From an uncultured virus (IMG/VR IMGVR_UViG_3300050508_000301) (taxonomy: Duplodnaviria; Heunggongvirae; Uroviricota; Caudoviricetes), in the IMG/VR virus record IMGVR_UViG_3300050508_000301: a stretch of DNA of 20,000 nt, one strand, 5' to 3'. The notes beneath the pieces are model-generated. The model worked only from the letters and a program-made list of their open reading frames with translations, was not told the DNA's origin and searched no databases. The position numbers and the translations under genes are program-made. This document shows, one piece after another, positions 16,079-20,000 of this stretch; positions within the stretch are counted from its first letter, which is position 1, and each line of letters starts with the position of its first letter.

Positions 16079-17652
16079 ACCGGCCTGCCGGCAATGAGAC
16101 TCTGCATCATCTTACGTTCTGCAGCCCTAGCTGCCTCTTCCTCAGGGTCAGACTCGACAGCTGGCTTTGTAGGTCCAGCCCACCCGATGTCGTGTATCTT
16201 GTCTTCATAGCCAGTGGTGGTCAGCACCTTAGCAGATGCCGGCATCTTCACCTCCACGCTGTCGCCCTCCCAAAAGGCCATGAGCAAGGCGTCGGCACGG
16301 TCAGGGCTTTGGCCCAACCGTTGGGTGATCTGCTCTTTCGGCTCTATGCGGATTTTACCATGGCTGTCAACAATCGTGTACTGAGCTTCGGTCAGCTCAG
16401 CCATAACATCGTCGTCGACATCCTCCAGATCCCACGCTTTGAGCCTAGAAAGCTCTCTACCGACCTCCCAATGCAGCTCCGCTCGACGGTTCTGGAATCG
16501 TTTCTTATTCTTGCGGGTGGGCGACTCCGAAGCATTGAATCCCACCACCTCGGCTCCGTGGACCGTATCGCCTGTACGGTTATGCTTCCGTGACTTCTCT
16601 TTCAGGACGCCGGCAACGCCCCACCCGATACCGATGACGTCGACCACCACCCGCTCGATGCCCCAGTCCTCGAGAGTAAGCGCGATCTTGCCGCACAACT
16701 CCATCGGGTCAGAGTCATCCCACACCTTTTCCCGGCCGACTCGGTAACCAACCCGCTCACGCAGAACGGTACGGTCACCGCCGCCGCCAATATCAAGCCC
16801 CGCTATTCTAGCACCGTCGGCCGGTAGCTGTAAATAGCGGCATCCGACCGCCCAAGACCACGGGACCACTCCCGACTCCGAGTCGGTGGGGAACAGACCC
16901 AGCACTTTAGAGGTGTACAGTGCTGATTTCTTACCCCAACGCTTAGCTCGACTCTTGACCCATTTCTCGGAGATCAACGATTTCTTAGCCTTCGGGGTAA
17001 CCTGCTCGCCGGTAGCGTTTGGCGTATGCTCCCACCCGATGTGGATCACTTCCCAACCCGAATCGGGACGACACACCTTCTCGAACTCGGAGTGGGGGTC
17101 GTCTGGGTTGCCGATCGCCAGGGTACGAGAGCTATCGTTTGAGGTAAGCGACGAGGCTGCGTCCCATAGGGTCTTGGGGATGCCACATGCCTCGTCGAGA
17201 ACCACCAGCACGAACTCGGCGTGGATACCCTGGAAGCCGGTAGGGTCGTGTTCTGATGGCTTGCGGCCGTACGCCACCAGCTCTCCGGCCATATACCATT
17301 CAGTTAGGTTGGTGCGTCCAGGCAGCCCTGCTGCTTTGTGGATGCGACCGATTTCACGCCACAGGATCGCCTTCACCTGTGGGCCGGTGGGCGCAGTGGT
17401 GACTACGAACGCTGTACCGGGCGGATGGACGTCCAGCCACCAGCAACAGGTAACCGCAGCATTAAAGCTCTTGCCCGTGTTGTGGCAGGAATGCACTGCG
17501 GTCTCAGGGTTATCCCGAACCGACTCGATGACCTCTATTTGCTTGGACCACAGCTCGATGTTTGCACGTTCCCTAGCCCACGCCACCGGCTCCATGAGGT
17601 AGCGTTCCTGCTCAGGGAAGGCGTAATCAGCCGCTAAGGCCCAGACACTCAT
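16075..17652 (-). CDS. terL: Terminase large subunit (525 aa)
   Basis: Walker A HNTGKS, Walker B VVLDEA, coupling motif IGNP, RuvC-like GLDIGGGGD and SPDRADAL. Confidence 0.93.
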   Translation of the reverse strand: MSVWALAADYAFPEQERYLMEPVAWARERANIELWSKQIEVIESVRDNPETAVHSCHNTGKSFNAAVTCCWWLDVHPPGTAFVVTTAPTGPQVKAILWREIGRIHKAAGLPGRTNLTEWYMAGELVAYGRKPSEHDPTGFQGIHAEFVLVVLDEACGIPKTLWDAASSLTSNDSSRTLAIGNPDDPHSEFEKVCRPDSGWEVIHIGWEHTPNATGEQVTPKAKKSLISEKWVKSRAKRWGKKSALYTSKVLGLFPTDSESGVVPWSWAVGCRYLQLPADGARIAGLDIGGGGDRTVLRERVGYRVGREKVWDDSDPMELCGKIALTLEDWGIERVVVDVIGIGWGVAGVLKEKSRKHNRTGDTVHGAEVVGFNASESPTRKNKKRFQNRRAELHWEVGRELSRLKAWDLEDVDDDVMAELTEAQYTIVDSHGKIRIEPKEQITQRLGQSPDRADALLMAFWEGDSVEVKMPASAKVLTTTGYEDKIHDIGWAGPTKPAVESDPEEEAARAAERKMMQSLIAGRPV

Positions 17653-18215
17653 GCGGCGGGAAGTTCCGCCAGGTGTTGGCGTACAATCATGGGAGCCATG
17701 TGCTGCTGCTCGGGAGTGAGCTTAAGGTCATCGAGAATGGCTCGGATAGCGATCCCCAGGACCTGCGCTTGGGCCTCGATGATGCGGACCTGTCGGTCAG
17801 CGATGCCGGCAGCGACCAGTACCTTGGCGACGTCCATCTGATGCTTACGCTCAGCGAGCAGGACGCTCTGCCAGTCGGGCCACATTGCAGCATTTACGTC
17901 GGTCTGCTCCTCGAGATAGTTGACCATGGCGTAAGATCTGGCCAGTTCCTCGAGCATGACCCGCTCGGGGGTCACGTCGTCGGGGTTGATGCCTCGAGCC
18001 TCGCACAACTTACGCGCCTCATCTCGGATCTGCTCACGGGCACCGGCACGCTGGTGGGCAGGCGTGTTCCCGTAGTGGCGTTTGCAGCGACCATATCCGG
18101 GGTGGGTGGTCCCGTAGCCTGCCGGGTTACGGCAGGGGGTGCCGTCCGATTTATTGGCCCCGCATCGAGGACGGACTGCTACGAGGTTAGCGAGATCGGA
18201 GGTGGAACCTTCCAT
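17649..18215 (-). CDS. Terminase small subunit-like protein (188 aa)
   Basis: ATG 18215 after TATACT-N6. CGA...C.....GT.HPG.GRCKRHYG Zn-type motif, helical C-terminus, ATGA overlap with terL. Confidence 0.7.
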   Translation of the reverse strand: MEGSTSDLANLVAVRPRCGANKSDGTPCRNPAGYGTTHPGYGRCKRHYGNTPAHQRAGAREQIRDEARKLCEARGINPDDVTPERVMLEELARSYAMVNYLEEQTDVNAAMWPDWQSVLLAERKHQMDVAKVLVAAGIADRQVRIIEAQAQVLGIAIRAILDDLKLTPEQQHMAPMIVRQHLAELPAA

Positions 18216-18221
18216 CCCGTC

Positions 18222-18231
18222 AGTATAGCAC
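18222..18231 (-). promoter_or_regulatory. Extended -10 leaderless promoter for the packaging module
   Basis: GTGCTATACT-N6-ATG(18215). Confidence 0.65.
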
Positions 18232-18232
18232 G

Positions 18233-18262
18233 AAGCCCGCCCTCGTGAAAAGAGCGGGCCTT
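18233..18262 (-). terminator. Possible terminator hairpin after the 93-aa gene
   Basis: AAGGCCCGCTC-TTTTCAC-GAGGGCGGGCTT imperfect stem with no strong U tail. Confidence 0.4.
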
Positions 18263-18276
18263 GTGGGGCGACTATT

Positions 18277-18558
18277 TCAATCGTTGAACAGCCGCAGCGC
18301 AGCGTCAAGGTTGGGATTCACCGGCCGCAAGACCCAGTATTGGGTATCGCCCTCAGCATCCCGAACCTCATCGATGACCACGAACACCTCTTCATTGCCC
18401 GTACGACCCGAGACCAAGGTCAAACCTTCGTCGCAGGCATCGTCGTAAACCCGACCGAAGCCATGAGTGCTCGATATCTCGCCAACGTATTCCCGGGTCT
18501 GGGGGTCCCACGTGAGCTGACGGGTGCTGACTGGTGCTGGCTTTAGCGTCTTCGTCAT
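18277..18558 (-). CDS. Hypothetical protein (93 aa)
   Basis: ATG 18558 (MTKTLKPAPVS) at the predicted +1 of P3. Confidence 0.75.
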   Translation of the reverse strand: MTKTLKPAPVSTRQLTWDPQTREYVGEISSTHGFGRVYDDACDEGLTLVSGRTGNEEVFVVIDEVRDAEGDTQYWVLRPVNPNLDAALRLFND

Positions 18559-18597
18559 ATTTTCATTGTAACACGACCTTGACTCCGTGTCAAGTGC
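18559..18597 (-). promoter_or_regulatory. Leaderless sigma70-type promoter P3 with an inverted repeat over the -35
   Basis: TTGACA(18593-18588)-N17-TACAAT(18570-18565)-N6-ATG; CTTGAC-N5-GTCAAG palindrome. Confidence 0.8.
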
Positions 18598-18606
18598 CTG
18601 GGCACA

Positions 18607-18650
18607 GATCGACTCCCTCGGGGGAACCACCCTAACCGAGAGAGCCGATC
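18607..18650 (-). terminator. 15-bp hairpin (terminator or RNA 3'-processing stem)
   Basis: GATCGGCTCTCTCGG / CCGAGGGAGTCGATC pairs over 15 bp with two G-U pairs on the minus strand; these would be A-C mismatches on the plus strand. Confidence 0.55.
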
Positions 18651-18654
18651 GGTA

Positions 18655-18797
18655 ATGCAACCGTCATGTATTGCTGCGGGCAAACCCTGTGACCCTGAAA
18701 ACCCGCAACAGCAGCCCGTCCACTATTTGCAGCTCCTGTCCCCTCGCTCGGGGCCAGCAGGAGAGCGGGGTATACACGGACCTTTCCCTACCACATC
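18655..18797 (-). ncRNA. Candidate Y-RNA-like Ro60 partner RNA
   Basis: Directly after the Ro60 stop. GUCCGUGUAU (18781-18772) pairs with AUACAUGAC (18671-18663) leaving one bulged C, and encloses two hairpins. Exact ends are uncertain. Confidence 0.5.
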
Positions 18798-20000
18798 TCA
18801 CGTCAGCAGGTCGGCTACCGCCTGGAACACCTGATCCGAGTAGCCAGCGACCTGCACGTTCGTCTGGGCGCCGACCTTGCCCCACGTCGACTTCGGCGCA
18901 TAGCCGCCGATGTTGAACGTGATCAGCTGCGGCACGTGCGAGATGTCGACATTGGTGCGTGAGTAGTAGCCCGTACCACTGTCATGCTGCTGGTCGTCCG
19001 TGAACATCACCGCCCGGTCGTGGCGGCTCGGGTCGAAGTTGTCCCGGATTGCTGTGTGACCGTAGGTCGCATGACCCACTGAACCGACCAGCCCGCAGAT
19101 GTACTCAGTCGCACCCAACACCGACTTGGCACGCCACTCGTCCGCTCGGAGCCGGCGGTTGGAGTTGCCATAGATCACGATGTCCGAATCGGGCGACTGC
19201 TTGGCGACCGAGACCGCCTGCAGCGCTGCGACCTCGATGCTGGAGATCTTCGAGCGCTCCGACACCGGCTGACGCATCGAGCTGGAGGTGTCGATCACGA
19301 ACAGCGATCGAGGCAGGCTCGGCACATTGCCGGACGCATGCTCGAGGGTCTTGCCCAGCGCACGCTTCCAATTGTCGGACTCGGCGAACCGGTAGGCCGT
19401 CAGCACCTGGTAGGGGAAGACCCGGCTCGCAAGCACGTCCTCAGGCGAGGTGATCTTGTCGATCACACGATCGACCCACTGCTCAGGCAAGCCAGCCTTG
19501 TCGAAGTTGCGCAGGTTGCGGATCAACGCCATGACCTGCATGTTCGGGATGGCGAACTGCCAGGCTTCGGCGTCCATGCCCCCGGGCAGCCAGCTCGAGA
19601 GCTGCTCCCAGGTGAGACCCGACGCAGTGAGGAAGTTCATGCCCCAAGTGCGCAGCGCCTGTCGACGATCACTTTCGGGGATGTCGTTCAGAACCCGCCG
19701 GTTCAGGTGAGCCGGGAGCGCATCTCGATCGAACCGGAAGTGACCGGGGTCAACCGTCCGCTGCTCGTTCTCGGCGTTCGAATCGATCGCCCACGCCTCA
19801 TTGCCGCGGTGACGGACGTCGAGCAGGTACCGGTACAGGGTCGCCTGTTCGCCGGTCTCGGGCTTGATGTGGCACAGCTCGAGCACGTCGCCCATGCGGA
19901 CGGCACGGTCCTTGCTGTCCCACTTCATGGCGTTGTGCTCGGTGTACAGCTTGTGCACGGCATCGCCGAGACCGAGCTTCACGCCTCGAGGGATGCGCTT
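18798..20000 (-). CDS. rsr: Ro60/TROVE-vWA ribonucleoprotein (Rsr-like), 5'-truncated
   Basis: Frame is open past the edge (..KRIPRGVKLGLGDAV). KWD, DVLELCHIKP, LTWEQLSS, MALIRNLRNF, SRVFPYQ...AY TROVE motifs; vWA MIDAS DTSSSM, GHATY, FTDDQ. Confidence 0.92.
   Translation of the reverse strand, partial: KRIPRGVKLGLGDAVHKLYTEHNAMKWDSKDRAVRMGDVLELCHIKPETGEQATLYRYLLDVRHRGNEAWAIDSNAENEQRTVDPGHFRFDRDALPAHLNRRVLNDIPESDRRQALRTWGMNFLTASGLTWEQLSSWLPGGMDAEAWQFAIPNMQVMALIRNLRNFDKAGLPEQWVDRVIDKITSPEDVLASRVFPYQVLTAYRFAESDNWKRALGKTLEHASGNVPSLPRSLFVIDTSSSMRQPVSERSKISSIEVAALQAVSVAKQSPDSDIVIYGNSNRRLRADEWRAKSVLGATEYICGLVGSVGHATYGHTAIRDNFDPSRHDRAVMFTDDQQHDSGTGYYSRTNVDISHVPQLITFNIGGYAPKSTWGKVGAQTNVQVAGYSDQVFQAVADLLT

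Noticed and set aside
14188..17602. Plus-strand ORFs of 214 and 238 aa over portal and terminase
   Set aside because: Antisense to well-supported genes, with no recognisable domains.
18588..18597. GCACTTGAC as the 3' strand of a Y RNA (resembles the human Y1 3' end)
   Set aside because: It is the -35 region of promoter P3 and recurs at P1; AUACAUGAC at 18671-18663 pairs much better.
18600..18797. tRNA or canonical YrlA
   Set aside because: No GTTCRA T-arm, cloverleaf or CCA end found on either strand.
18664..18916. Short ORFs (73 and 81 aa) over the Ro60 3' end and intergenic region
   Set aside because: They overlap Ro60, lack start signals, and the region is better explained as structured RNA.
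1..20000. CRISPR array, integrase, transposase, intein or reverse transcriptase
   Set aside because: No regularly spaced direct repeats or diagnostic motifs seen; terminase and portal lengths leave no room for inteins.

Overview
This 20 kb window is the packaging, head and early tail region of a high-GC tailed actinobacteriophage (or prophage), read almost entirely on the minus strand. In transcription order: a 5'-truncated Ro60/TROVE-vWA gene; a ~190-nt structured intergenic region containing a Y-RNA-like bulged-C helix; a 93-aa orphan; small and large terminase; a DUF1360-like membrane protein; portal; a MuF minor head protein fused to a 2H phosphoesterase; a multidomain capsid maturation protease; a small CxxC protein; a ~5.2 kb inserted operon of four GT2-type glycosyltransferases, two SAM methyltransferases (one an NDP-sugar C-methyltransferase) and a holin-like protein; major capsid hexamer and pentamer proteins; tail tube; head-tail adaptor; and a partial tail gene. 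Three near-identical leaderless sigma70-type promoters drive small orphan genes, two of them antisense. Each lies next to a second promoter class (GTGCTA[T/G]ACT) that heads a structural module. Best leads: a Ro60 + non-tRNA-like Y RNA pair, a candidate methylated-sugar virion glycosylation system, and a possibly protease-released, virion-delivered 2H (Acb1-like) enzyme. All calls come from motif recognition by eye; no database searches were run.
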